Shown: positions 1-9,791 of the stretch, one piece after another
Layout: every line of letters begins with the position of its first letter
How positions within the stretch are numbered: the stretch's first letter is position 1
Assembly: GCA_044225365.1 (NCBI GenBank)
Contig: JBGAIQ010000018.1
Location: 32,001-96,000, forward strand
Direction: 5' to 3'
Source: Planctomycetota bacterium
GTDB taxonomy: Bacteria > Planctomycetota > B15-G4 > JADJEK01
Length of the DNA stretch: 64,000 nt
Notes under the pieces: model-generated
The model's input: the letters and a program-made list of their open reading frames with translations, nothing else
Database searches by the model: none
Told to the model about the DNA's origin: nothing
Translations under genes and position numbers: made by a program

Positions 1-2
1 TC

Positions 3-1109
3 CTCTTCGTTGCGCTCGTCCTCGGCCCCGTCGTCCTCGGATTCCTGTTCGCAGCGACCACGCCGCCGTACAAGGACGCTCTCGTCAACTGGAGCTACAA
101 GTCGAAGATCCTGTGGCACGACGGAACCGTGTTCAGCGACGACTTCCAGCTCGAGAATCGTCACCTCTACCATCCGAACTATCCTCTTCTCGTGCCCCTC
201 GCCGAGGTCTTCCTCTACGGCCTCGCGGGTACGGCGGACGACCCGCTCGACCGCCTCGCAAAGGGATTCCTCGCGCTCCCGCATCTCGGCATCTCGCTCG
301 TGATCCTGGCGTTCCTCTCACGTCGCTCTGGACGCGTCCTCGCTCTCGCGCTGACGACTCTCGTCGCCGCCACTCCCCACTTCTACAAGGCCGACCTGCA
401 GTTTCGATTCGCAGGGTCCGTGCCCTCCGGATACGGCGATCCGATGTTCGCTTCACTCGTGGCGCTCGTCGTCGTCGCACTCGCTTCGTGGCTGACCACG
501 CGCGAACGCGGCGATCTGGTGCTTGCATCGACCGCCCTGGGTCTCGCGATCTTCACGAAGAACGAGGCGCTTCCGTTCACGCTCGCGATCGCCTCCGCGT
601 GGGCGGTCGCGCTCGGCTGTGAACGGTCGCGTGGGATTTGGAAAGGGCTCCCCGATCCCAGATCGGCCGCGATCGCGTTCTGCGCGTTCTGCGCGTTCGC
701 GATTCCATGGCTCGCGTTCCGCCACACGCTTCCGGAACGGGACGAGAACTATCAGCAACTGCTCACGCTCGACAACCTGCGGGCAGGTGCATGGCGATGG
801 CCGTCGATCGTGGTGTTCGCGATCGAGTCGGCGTTCGCGAGCGACACCTACGGCTTGGTGTGGATCCTCCTGCCCATTGCGCTCGTCTTCTCTATCCGCC
901 GCGGGTTCGACCCGCCGGTCGTCCTCGCAGGAGTCGCCATGCTCGCGATGATCGTCGTCTACGCCGCCGTGTTCGTCGTCACTCCGCTTCCGATCGTCGA
1001 CTCGCTCGTCACCTCGATCCCCCGCACGTTCTTCCATCTCACGCCGCTCGCCGTCGTCCTCGTCGGAATGCTGGCCAGCCCGCCGAATCCAGACCGAGAA
1101 TCCATGTGA
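3..1109 (+). CDS. Multi-pass membrane protein, probable GT-C fold (ArnT/PMT-like) glycosyltransferase; 5' truncated by the window edge
   Basis: Frame is open from position 3 (LFVALVLGPVVLGFLF...YKDALVNWSYKSKILW...HPNYPLLVP). It has many hydrophobic helices plus GYGDPMF and FTKNEA motifs seen in GT-C-like membrane proteins. Confidence 0.55.
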   Translation, partial: LFVALVLGPVVLGFLFAATTPPYKDALVNWSYKSKILWHDGTVFSDDFQLENRHLYHPNYPLLVPLAEVFLYGLAGTADDPLDRLAKGFLALPHLGISLVILAFLSRRSGRVLALALTTLVAATPHFYKADLQFRFAGSVPSGYGDPMFASLVALVVVALASWLTTRERGDLVLASTALGLAIFTKNEALPFTLAIASAWAVALGCERSRGIWKGLPDPRSAAIAFCAFCAFAIPWLAFRHTLPERDENYQQLLTLDNLRAGAWRWPSIVVFAIESAFASDTYGLVWILLPIALVFSIRRGFDPPVVLAGVAMLAMIVVYAAVFVVTPLPIVDSLVTSIPRTFFHLTPLAVVLVGMLASPPNPDRESM

Positions 1110-1945
1110 GTCCAACCGCGGAGACGAACGACGACGATCTGAGGACGCTCGTACGATGCACGTTACCGGGTGTCTTCGGCGCGCGATTCCGGGTGAGCGA
1201 ATCCTCGACGTCGACCAATCTCGACGCACGCCGGGCGATCGACGAGGAGGGCCCATTCGCCGTTCACGGCACCGTGTTCACGACGCTTCATCAAACCGAA
1301 GGTCGGGGAACTCGCGGCCGCAGTTGGTGGTCGCCGCCGGATTCGGCGGTCGCGATCTCGATCGTCGTCGCGCCGATGCGGCCACTCCCGAGTTCCGCTC
1401 CCGTGACCCTCATCGCGGCGCTCGCTCTCTTCGACGCGGCGAGCCGGGTCGGCGCCCACGTCGCGATCCGGTGGCCAAACGACGTCGTCGACCTCCAAGG
1501 GAGGAAGATCGCCGGAGTCCTTGCCGAGGCGCTCGCGACGAGTCCGCCGGCGCTGATCGTCGGTGTCGGGATCAACGTTCGCAAGTCGGCCTTGCAACCG
1601 CCACCTTTCCTCGGTCAACCCTTCTCCGATCTCGAGGCGACCATCCCGTCGCAAACGCAGGAGCCGCGCACGCTTGGTCGTGCCGCGTTCGTCCTACGGT
1701 TCATCCAGTGCTTCGAACACAGAATGGCGGCCTTCGTCCGGAACGGCCTCGCCGACACCATTCGCGACTTCAACGACCGCTCCTACCTGCGAGGTCGGCA
1801 CGTGGTACTGCGGCACGGCTCCTTGCGGCTCGAGGGGGTCTTCTTGGGCATGGATCCTCGATTTCGTGTCGAGATTTCGCCAAGCGAAGGCGAGGCGGTT
1901 GCGTTGCCTGCTGAGCAGCTCGAATTGCTCGAACATCGAGATTGA
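1106..1945 (+). CDS. birA: Biotin--[acetyl-CoA carboxylase] ligase without an N-terminal HTH
   Basis: STSTN, QTEGRGTRGRSW, RWPNDV, KIAGVLAE and GVGINV motifs. The GTG start overlaps the upstream TGA (GTGA). Confidence 0.9.
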   Translation: MSPTAETNDDDLRTLVRCTLPGVFGARFRVSESSTSTNLDARRAIDEEGPFAVHGTVFTTLHQTEGRGTRGRSWWSPPDSAVAISIVVAPMRPLPSSAPVTLIAALALFDAASRVGAHVAIRWPNDVVDLQGRKIAGVLAEALATSPPALIVGVGINVRKSALQPPPFLGQPFSDLEATIPSQTQEPRTLGRAAFVLRFIQCFEHRMAAFVRNGLADTIRDFNDRSYLRGRHVVLRHGSLRLEGVFLGMDPRFRVEISPSEGEAVALPAEQLELLEHRD

Positions 1946-2020
1946 GGGAACCGACGAACGCCGCATCGGTCCTCTCGCTGCGCCCCAAAAGGCCCGACAC
2001 GGCCGGATCTGGAGTTCGCC

Positions 2021-4282
2021 ATGCAAGCTCAACGCGTACTGACCACGAGCCTCTTCTGCCTCGGATGCGCCGTCTTCGTTCCCGCCGCCCGATCGCAGGG
2101 CATTCTCTATGACATCGCGCCGCGTCGCCCGACGACCGATGTCGTTCGCGCCTCGAATCGATTGGTCCTGGAGGAGGAGCGCATCTCCGGCGACGTGACC
2201 GAGGCTCACGCTCGCTACAAGATCGTCGAGCGATTCCGCAATCCGAACGCGCAACCGATCGAGGGCGTCTATCTCTGCCCGATCCCGCGGGGCGCCACCG
2301 CACGCGGACTCGCGCTCGTCGTCGATGGCAAGCGGATGAACGGCGAGATCCTCGACAGTCAGAAGGCCGGCGACGTGTATCGCGACATCGTTCGTCGCAT
2401 GCGTGACCCCGCATTGCTCGAGCACGTCGGCGACGGACTCCTGCGCGCGTCGGTCTTCCCCGTACCCGCGAACGGCTGCGTCGACGTCGAGATCGACCTC
2501 GAAGCGCCGATCGACGACGTCGGCTCGGGCCTGCTCGAGATTGCCCTTCCCCTGAAGCAGGTCGCCGAAGCTCGGGCGCACCTCGAGATCGATCTCGCCC
2601 TGACGACCGATCGGCATCTCGACACGGTCTATTCGCCGACGCATCCGACGAAGCTGACCCGCAACGGCGACACCCATGCACGCATTCAATTCGAGGGAAT
2701 CGTCGATTCGCCGAGCGACTTCCGACTCTACTTCGCGTCCGACTCGACGAAGGGGGCACTGCGGATCGTCTCGAACCGGCTCGAGGGACGAGACGGCTAC
2801 TTCCAGTTGATGTGCGAAGCGCCCGACGACATCGCCTCCGGCGCCGCCCGCGACGTGGTCTTCGTGCTCGATCGATCGGGTTCGATGCAAGGTGAGAAGT
2901 GGGAACAGGCCGTTCGCGCGATGGCATTCGGCATCCGGTCGCTGCGCCAGGGCGATCGATTCGCTCTCCTCTCGTTCGCGACCGACGTGAGAGCGTTCAC
3001 GGATACCCTCGCCATCGCGTCCGACGCCAACAAGAAGGCGGCGATCGAGCACCTGAACGCCCTGCAGGCCGCGGGCGGCACCGACATCAGCAGCGCGCTC
3101 GGCCGTGCCATGCCGTATCTCGAGGCGAAGCCGGATCGTCTGCCGATGGTCGTCTTCGTCACCGACGGCCTCCCGACCGTCGGTGAAGTCGATGCGACAC
3201 GGATCCTCGATGCCACTACAAAGGGCAACCTCGCGAAGGCGCGGCTGTTCACCTTCGGCGTCGGATACGACGTCAATACCGTCCTGCTCGATCGACTCGC
3301 CGAGGACAACGCCGCGGAATCCGACTACGTCGCCCCGCAGCAGGATCTCGAGATTCCATTGTCCGCCTTCTTCGCAAAGGTCTCGGAACCCGCGATCGTC
3401 GGTCCGCGCCTCGCAGTCGAGGGCGCGGGAATCGAGTTCTTCGATGTCGAGCCGGCTCGCCTGAAAGACCTGTTCGTCGGCGATACATTGCGAGTCGTCG
3501 GGCGATTCCGTGGCGTCGGAAAGGCGAAGGTGACTCTCACCGGCACTCATGGCGGAAAACCGGTGGTCCTCCAGCGCGAGATCGGATTCGAAGCCGCGAA
3601 CGCGAAGAACGATCACCTGCCCGGGCAGTGGGCGTCGCGGCGCATCGGACATCTGCTGAACGAGATCCGCCTCCACGGGCAGACCAAGGAACTCGTCGAC
3701 GCAGTGACCGCACTCGGAACCGAATTCGGGATCGTGACGCCTTACACGTCGGGTCTCGTCGTTGCCGACGGAGTCGAGCGCGGCGGAGACCGTCCGGCGG
3801 CGTCCACCTCGGGCGATCGTGGAAACGGTCCCGCAACGGGCGGCGGACGCAGGGCGCCGGGTGATCGCGACGACGGTCTGACGAGCCTCCGAGCCGGGTC
3901 CGCGGCCAAGCCCTTGGCGCCGGGCTCGACCGACGCGGGCACGGCCCGCGCCAAGGTCTCGGGCGAGCAGGCAGTCCACGATGCCGTTGAGTTGAAGAAG
4001 CTCGAGAAAGGCGACATCGGCGCGCGACGGCTCGCCGATCTCGAGGGTTCGACCCGCAAGGTCGGAACGCGAACCTTCAAGAAGTCCGCGGGGACTTGGA
4101 CCGACTCCCAGTTCGCCGAGTCGATGCGCAAGGAGATGCACGAGATCGTGGCCTTCTCGGACGAGTACTTCGAATTCGCCTCGGCCCACAAGGATCTTGC
4201 CGACGTGCTCGCCCTCGGTGACGACTTGATTGTCGTCGTCGGAGATCGAGCTATTCGCATCCGACCGAACACCGGGGCCTGA
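2021..4282 (+). CDS. Secreted VIT + von Willebrand factor A domain protein
   Basis: Signal peptide ending ARS. VIT-like region (FRNPNAQPIEGVY...RDPALLE). MIDAS elements DRSGSM, GGTDI and TDG. GGAG RBS upstream. Confidence 0.88.
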   Translation: MQAQRVLTTSLFCLGCAVFVPAARSQGILYDIAPRRPTTDVVRASNRLVLEEERISGDVTEAHARYKIVERFRNPNAQPIEGVYLCPIPRGATARGLALVVDGKRMNGEILDSQKAGDVYRDIVRRMRDPALLEHVGDGLLRASVFPVPANGCVDVEIDLEAPIDDVGSGLLEIALPLKQVAEARAHLEIDLALTTDRHLDTVYSPTHPTKLTRNGDTHARIQFEGIVDSPSDFRLYFASDSTKGALRIVSNRLEGRDGYFQLMCEAPDDIASGAARDVVFVLDRSGSMQGEKWEQAVRAMAFGIRSLRQGDRFALLSFATDVRAFTDTLAIASDANKKAAIEHLNALQAAGGTDISSALGRAMPYLEAKPDRLPMVVFVTDGLPTVGEVDATRILDATTKGNLAKARLFTFGVGYDVNTVLLDRLAEDNAAESDYVAPQQDLEIPLSAFFAKVSEPAIVGPRLAVEGAGIEFFDVEPARLKDLFVGDTLRVVGRFRGVGKAKVTLTGTHGGKPVVLQREIGFEAANAKNDHLPGQWASRRIGHLLNEIRLHGQTKELVDAVTALGTEFGIVTPYTSGLVVADGVERGGDRPAASTSGDRGNGPATGGGRRAPGDRDDGLTSLRAGSAAKPLAPGSTDAGTARAKVSGEQAVHDAVELKKLEKGDIGARRLADLEGSTRKVGTRTFKKSAGTWTDSQFAESMRKEMHEIVAFSDEYFEFASAHKDLADVLALGDDLIVVVGDRAIRIRPNTGA

Positions 4283-4305
4283 ACGGCGAGAAGCCAGGGC
4301 AAAAG

Positions 4306-4346
4306 CGTCGCGCCGTCGGATCACCGGCAGCGCGACGATTCTTTTT
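4306..4346 (+). terminator. Probable intrinsic terminator after the VIT-vWA gene
   Basis: Stem CGTCGCG...CGCGACG with inner pairing, followed by ATTCTTTTT. Confidence 0.55.
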
Positions 4347-4402
4347 CCATCCACCGAGTTCTGAGCTTGAAAGCGCTCGAAGGGTGTGACGACAATCAAG
4401 AC

Positions 4403-5587
4403 GTGCGACTCTCGATCGTCATTCCGGCACTGAACGAAGAGCAAGCGATCGGCGCGACCGTCAACGCCTGCCTCGCGATCGCCCCGACGATTGCATCCGA
4501 AGCGGGCCTCGAGGGAGTCGAAGTCATCGTCGTCGACGACGGCTCCACGGATCGCACCGCGGAGATCGTGCGCGGAATTCCCGGCGCACGACTGATCCAG
4601 CACGACAAGAACAAGGGCTACGGCGCCGCGATCAACACGGGATTCGACCAGGCGAACGGCGAACTGCTCTCCTTCCTCGATGCCGACGGCACCTGCGATC
4701 CGAAGCTCTTCGGTCGGCTCGCGAAAGCCGTGATCGAGAACGATGCGGACGTCTGCTCCGGCTCGCGCCTCGGCAAGGGCAACCAGATGCCCCCGATCCG
4801 CTACCTCGGCAATCGCATGTTCGCTTTCATGATCAATCTCGTATCGCCACAGAAAGTCGAAGATCTCGCGAGCGGAATGCGGGTGATTCGTCGTTCCGCG
4901 TTGTCCCGATTGAAGCCGCTCCCGAACGGCATGCACTACACGCCCGCGATGAGCGCAATGGCGTTGTTCGACCCACAGCTCAAGATCGTCGAGATCCCGA
5001 TCCCCTATGCCGAACGCGTGGGCGAATCGAAGCTCTCCGTGTTCCGCGACGGTCGACGCTTCATGCGCGTACTCTTCGAGATCGCGCTGTCCTACCGCCC
5101 CTTCCCGTTCTTCGGCGGCCTTGGGATCGCCTGCTTCCTCGTCGCGGTGACGTACAGCGTCACTCCACTGCGCGAATGCCTGATCGACCATCGCGAACTA
5201 CCGCAGGACATGATCTACCGGATCTACACGATCGTCGTGCTCTTCATCGCATCGCTCGGTCTCATCGGCACCGGCCTGCTCGCGGAACGAGCGACCGCGA
5301 TCCTGCACCAGCGACGGATCCCCCAGACCCTCACCCACCGCGTGATCGATTGGATCCTGATGCGGCGGCCGTTCCTCGTCTGCCAGATCTTCGCCCTGTG
5401 CGCCTTGGCGGCGAGCTACCGCTCGGTGATCTCGTATCTCCGCATTGGCAAGGTCGAGGAGCATTGGATTCACGCGGTGCTCGGCGGGCTGTTCGCCCTC
5501 TCCGCCGCTCTCATGTTCTCGTTCGGCTGGATGAAGCGCGTCCTCGAGATGCTCGCCGAGCGCCACGCCGCTCGGCGAGGACTGTGA
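4403..5587 (+). CDS. GT2 family glycosyltransferase (polyprenol-phosphate glycosyltransferase-like) with C-terminal TM helices
   Basis: LSIVIPALNEE, VDDGSTD, NKGYGAA, DADG and YAERVGESKL motifs. GTG at 4403 is preferred over TTG at 4367. Confidence 0.88.
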   Translation: MRLSIVIPALNEEQAIGATVNACLAIAPTIASEAGLEGVEVIVVDDGSTDRTAEIVRGIPGARLIQHDKNKGYGAAINTGFDQANGELLSFLDADGTCDPKLFGRLAKAVIENDADVCSGSRLGKGNQMPPIRYLGNRMFAFMINLVSPQKVEDLASGMRVIRRSALSRLKPLPNGMHYTPAMSAMALFDPQLKIVEIPIPYAERVGESKLSVFRDGRRFMRVLFEIALSYRPFPFFGGLGIACFLVAVTYSVTPLRECLIDHRELPQDMIYRIYTIVVLFIASLGLIGTGLLAERATAILHQRRIPQTLTHRVIDWILMRRPFLVCQIFALCALAASYRSVISYLRIGKVEEHWIHAVLGGLFALSAALMFSFGWMKRVLEMLAERHAARRGL

Positions 5588-5698
5588 TCGGCCCACCCGG
5601 GCGACTTCCCCCGCTCCCAACGCCCGCCAATTGCCGATCGCCAATGGCCCTGCTCCGCGGTAGGATGCTCGATTCGTCCGGACCGTTGGAAAACGTCC

Positions 5699-6292
5699 AT
5701 GCAGATCCTGCTGGCATCGAACAACGCGAAGAAGCGCAAGGAATTGGAGCGCATCCTCCAAGGCCTGCAGCTCGCCGTTGCAACACCGAAGGACCTGGGA
5801 CTCGATCTCGTTCCGGAAGAAGACGGCGCTACCTTCGCGGCCAATGCACGGATCAAGGCGCTCGCCTTCGCGGCGCTCACCGACCTGCCGGTCCTCGCCG
5901 ACGACTCGGGACTCGTCGTCGACGCCCTGAAGGGCGAACCGGGAGTGCACTCCGCGCGCTACGCGGGCCTGCCGTCGAACGATGCCGCGAATCGAAAGAA
6001 GCTCCTACTGGAACTGCGCGGCATCCCCAGCGCACAGCGCCGCGCTCATTTCGTCTGCGCTCTCGCGCTCGTCCATCGGGGCAAGATCGTTGCGGAGGTC
6101 GAAGGGCGATGCATTGGACGCATCCTCGAAGGCGAGCAAGGCGAGGGCGGCTTCGGTTACGATCCCCTCTTCCTGCATGAGCCGTCGGGCAAGACGTTCG
6201 CCGAACTCGACCCGGATACGAAGGACCGCATCAGTCATCGGGGGACGGCGCTTCGCCTGCTCGCACCCGTCTTGAAGGAGCTTTGGAACTGA
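5699..6292 (+). CDS. rdgB: Non-canonical purine NTP (dITP/XTP) pyrophosphatase
   Basis: ASNNAKK, ADDSGL, PGVHSARYAG, GFGYDPLF and SHRG motifs. Confidence 0.95.
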   Translation: MQILLASNNAKKRKELERILQGLQLAVATPKDLGLDLVPEEDGATFAANARIKALAFAALTDLPVLADDSGLVVDALKGEPGVHSARYAGLPSNDAANRKKLLLELRGIPSAQRRAHFVCALALVHRGKIVAEVEGRCIGRILEGEQGEGGFGYDPLFLHEPSGKTFAELDPDTKDRISHRGTALRLLAPVLKELWN

Positions 6293-6294
6293 CC

Positions 6295-8112
6295 GTGGAC
6301 TCGAGCTCGATCCGAAACTTCTGCATCATCGCGCACATCGACCATGGCAAGTCGACGCTTGCCGACCGTTTCCTCGAGATCACGGGCACGGTCCGCAAGG
6401 AAGCGCTGCTCGAACAGATGATGGACGGAATGGATCTCGAGCGCGAGCGCGGCATCACGATCAAGGCCAAGGCCGTGATGATGAAGTACAAGGCGAAGAA
6501 CGGGAAGGAGTACATCCTCAACCTGATCGACACGCCGGGTCACGTCGACTTCGGTTACGAGGTGAGCAAGGCCCTCCAAGCGTGCGAAGGCGCGTTCCTG
6601 CTGGTCGATGCCGCTCAAGGCATCGAGGCCCAGACGGTCGCGAACGCCCATCTCGCCGAACGCGTGAAACTCGAGGTGCTCCCCGTCATCAACAAGATCG
6701 ACCTTCCCACCGCGCGGCCCGAGCTCATCGAAGAGGAATTCGAACACATCCTCCTCATCGAGAAGGAACGCGTGCTGCGCTGCAGCGCGAAGACGGGCCA
6801 AGGCGTCGTCGATCTGCTCGAAGCTGTCGTGACTCGCGTCCCGGCGCCGCGTGGCGATGCAACGAAGCCTCTCCGCGCCCTGATCTTCGATGCCGTGTTC
6901 GACGACTATCGCGGCGTCATCGTCCACGTGCGCGTGTTCGATGGCTCGATCCAGAAGGGCATGCGCATCCGCATGAAGGGCGTGAGCGCCACGCACGAAG
7001 TACTCGAGGTCGGCGTGTTCAAGCCGCGCGAACTCGTCGCCCAGCCGGTCCTCAGCATGGGCGAGGTCGGCTACATGATCTGCAACATCAAGACGCTCTC
7101 GGACGTACGCATCGGCGATACGGTGTGCCCCGAGAAGGAAGCCGCGAACGTCGAAGCGCTGCCCGGATATCAGCCGCCGCTCCATATGGTGTTCTGCGGG
7201 ATCTACCCGGTGAACAACATGGACTTCGAGGCACTGCGCAAGGCACTCGACAAGCTCGCGCTCAACGACGCTTCGTTCTCGTACACACCGGAATCGTCCG
7301 AGGCGCTGGGCTTCGGATTCCGCTGCGGCTTCCTCGGCCTCCTCCACATGGAGATCGTGCAGGAACGCCTGGAGCGCGAGTCGAACATCGACATCGTCCA
7401 GACCGCTCCGAACGTGACCTACGAGATCCTGACGACGAAGAAGGAAGTCGTTCGGATCGAAAGCCCGTCACAGCTCCCCGAGCCGAACTACATCGAGGAG
7501 TTCCGTGAGCCGATCGCGAAGCTCGAGATCATCACTCCCGCGGAGTACGTCGGTCCGCTCATCACGCTCGCCGTCGAACGCCGCGGTCGCTTCAAGCATC
7601 AGGAATACATCTCCGAAACGCGCGTGATGCTCACGTTCGAAGTGCCGCTCGCCGAGATCATCTTCGACTTCTATGACAACCTGAAGTCGATCACCCGCGG
7701 CTACGGCACGATGGACTACGCCGTCACGGGGTACGAGGCCGCCAACCTCGTGAAGATGCGCATCCTCGTCTCGGCCGCCGAAGTCGACGCGTTGTCGACG
7801 ATCGTGCATCGCGATCAGGCGGAGTTCCGCGGTCGCAAGATGCTCGCAAAGCTCCGCGAGGAGATTCCGCGGCACATGTTCGAGGTCGCGCTCCAGGCTG
7901 CCATCGGCGGCAAGATCATCGCGCGCGAGAACATCCGCGCCATGTCGAAGAACGTCACGGCGAAGTGCTACGGCGGTGACGTGACGCGGAAGCGCAAGCT
8001 CCTCGAGAAGCAGAAGGAAGGCAAGCGCCGCATGAAGATGGTCGGGAGGGTCGAGATCCCTCAGACCGCCTTCCTTTCGGTCTTGTCGGTAAACCGTAAT
8101 TCCGAGAAGTGA
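6295..8112 (+). CDS. lepA: Translation elongation factor 4
   Basis: IRNFCIIAHIDHGKSTLADR, DTPGHVDF, NKID and C-terminal KCYGGDVTRKRKLLEKQKEGKRRMK. Confidence 0.98.
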   Translation: MDSSSIRNFCIIAHIDHGKSTLADRFLEITGTVRKEALLEQMMDGMDLERERGITIKAKAVMMKYKAKNGKEYILNLIDTPGHVDFGYEVSKALQACEGAFLLVDAAQGIEAQTVANAHLAERVKLEVLPVINKIDLPTARPELIEEEFEHILLIEKERVLRCSAKTGQGVVDLLEAVVTRVPAPRGDATKPLRALIFDAVFDDYRGVIVHVRVFDGSIQKGMRIRMKGVSATHEVLEVGVFKPRELVAQPVLSMGEVGYMICNIKTLSDVRIGDTVCPEKEAANVEALPGYQPPLHMVFCGIYPVNNMDFEALRKALDKLALNDASFSYTPESSEALGFGFRCGFLGLLHMEIVQERLERESNIDIVQTAPNVTYEILTTKKEVVRIESPSQLPEPNYIEEFREPIAKLEIITPAEYVGPLITLAVERRGRFKHQEYISETRVMLTFEVPLAEIIFDFYDNLKSITRGYGTMDYAVTGYEAANLVKMRILVSAAEVDALSTIVHRDQAEFRGRKMLAKLREEIPRHMFEVALQAAIGGKIIARENIRAMSKNVTAKCYGGDVTRKRKLLEKQKEGKRRMKMVGRVEIPQTAFLSVLSVNRNSEK

Positions 8113-8189
8113 CTCGAAAACGATATCGGTAGTCTTTTCGCCGCTGAGATGGGGTCGGCCTCCCGTCGACTCGAGACCCGTTTGATCGC

Positions 8190-9791
8190 ATGAACGCATA
8201 CGACAGGCAGGCAGGAACCGAACCCACCCCCCAGCAGCGCGCTCGGGCGTTTCGTAATCTGTGCATCGGCGCAGCGATCGGAATCGTGCTCGGGAAGGCC
8301 GCGGAGGGCGTGCTCGACCACGACACGCTCCGCAATCCGCTGTGGGTCTATGGCCGCTACGTCTCGATCGCCCTGCTCGCCTGGATCGGCTGGCTCGTCG
8401 GAATCGGAAAAGAGCGGATCGTCTCCGAGAACGTGGAGTGCCTCGCGATCGCCATCGTGATGGCGCTGATCCTCAAGTACTTCCTCGTCGAGGCGTACAA
8501 GATCCCCACCGGCTCGATGCAGCCCACGATCCTCGGCAACGAGAATGCCTCGATCTTCGATCGTGTGCTCGTCAACAAGTGCGCGTACTTGATCGACGAG
8601 CCGAAGCGCTACGACGTGATCGTCTTCAAGTACCCGCTCAATCGCTCACAGAACTACATCAAGCGCTGCGTCGGAATCGGGCCCGAAGAGATCACGATCG
8701 AGAACGGCAACATCTATACGGCACCCGCCCTCGGGGATGGGAAGTACGGCAAGCGCACGATCGCCCGCAAGCCAGCCGACACGCGGGAAGCCGTCCTCAA
8801 GACCCTCTACCCGTCGGCGCTCGACGGAAAGACGTTCGCCACGGGATTCTCGACGACGAGCGGGAAGTACCACGAGGACGGTCGCTCGGTCGAATTCGAC
8901 GGCGCAGGCACGTTCCGCTTCAAGAAGGACGGGGAGTCGGTACGCGATCGCTATCTCGACGGCTACGACCCGGCATGGGGAATTCGCGACGATCGTGTGC
9001 TGGAGAACCAGGAAGAGGTTGGTGACCTCGCGATCGATTTCGATTTCGAGCCGACCGATGCCGCGCACGAGCTACGGATCGTGATCCATTCGAACTCCCT
9101 CGATCATCGCGCGACGCTCGGGATCGGCGAGGGCAAGGCCTGCACGATCGAGTCGGGCATTCCCGCGACGGGCTCTGGCACATTGACGCCGGGCCCGTTC
9201 GTGTCCGAGAGCGCGCCCGCCGTGCTCGGCGCCACCTGCGATTCGCCGCTGCGCGCCGGCAAGCGCCATCACATCGAGTTCTATCACGTCGACCAGGAGA
9301 TCGTGCTCGCGATCGACGGCGACGTACTCCTGAAGACGAACTACGAGATCGACGCGCCGCTCCCCGAGACCGAGAACAAGATCGAGGTGAGATTCGACGG
9401 CGGCGTGGAACTCCGTGATCTACGAGTGCGTCGCGACATCCACTATTTGACGGCGAACGGCGGCGTGAGTCAGAGTTTCGACGTGCCTCCGGGTCACCTG
9501 TTCGCGATGGGCGACAACACGCAGAACTCCCACGACGGTCGGCAATGGCATGCGCTGAAGCGCCAGCTTCCGAACAACGGGCCGGTGATCACGCTCGACA
9601 GCAACCAGGACATGCGGGCCGGTGTCACCGATATCTACGGCGAGCATTTCGATTACTCGCAGTACCAGTTGACCGACGCCGGCGTCGACAACGCGAACTA
9701 CCACTTCATCCCTCGCGAGTTCCTGCTCGGCAAGGCGCTCGCTGTGTTCTGGCCGATCGTTCCACACTTTCGCTGGAAGCTGATCCGATGA
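8190..9791 (+). CDS. lepB: Signal peptidase I with a large extracytoplasmic insertion
   Basis: Catalytic Ser in IPTGSM, catalytic Lys in YIKRCVG, box E GDNTQNSHDGR. It follows lepA. Confidence 0.92.
   Translation: MNAYDRQAGTEPTPQQRARAFRNLCIGAAIGIVLGKAAEGVLDHDTLRNPLWVYGRYVSIALLAWIGWLVGIGKERIVSENVECLAIAIVMALILKYFLVEAYKIPTGSMQPTILGNENASIFDRVLVNKCAYLIDEPKRYDVIVFKYPLNRSQNYIKRCVGIGPEEITIENGNIYTAPALGDGKYGKRTIARKPADTREAVLKTLYPSALDGKTFATGFSTTSGKYHEDGRSVEFDGAGTFRFKKDGESVRDRYLDGYDPAWGIRDDRVLENQEEVGDLAIDFDFEPTDAAHELRIVIHSNSLDHRATLGIGEGKACTIESGIPATGSGTLTPGPFVSESAPAVLGATCDSPLRAGKRHHIEFYHVDQEIVLAIDGDVLLKTNYEIDAPLPETENKIEVRFDGGVELRDLRVRRDIHYLTANGGVSQSFDVPPGHLFAMGDNTQNSHDGRQWHALKRQLPNNGPVITLDSNQDMRAGVTDIYGEHFDYSQYQLTDAGVDNANYHFIPREFLLGKALAVFWPIVPHFRWKLIR

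Noticed and set aside
1694-5191. 1165-aa minus-strand ORF and similar long antisense ORFs (e.g. 43820-46657, 54499-57369, 51219-53939, 60786-62636, 40192-42597)
   Set aside because: They are shadows of well-supported genes on the opposite strand. High GC and strong codon bias deplete stops, and the translations have no recognisable motifs.
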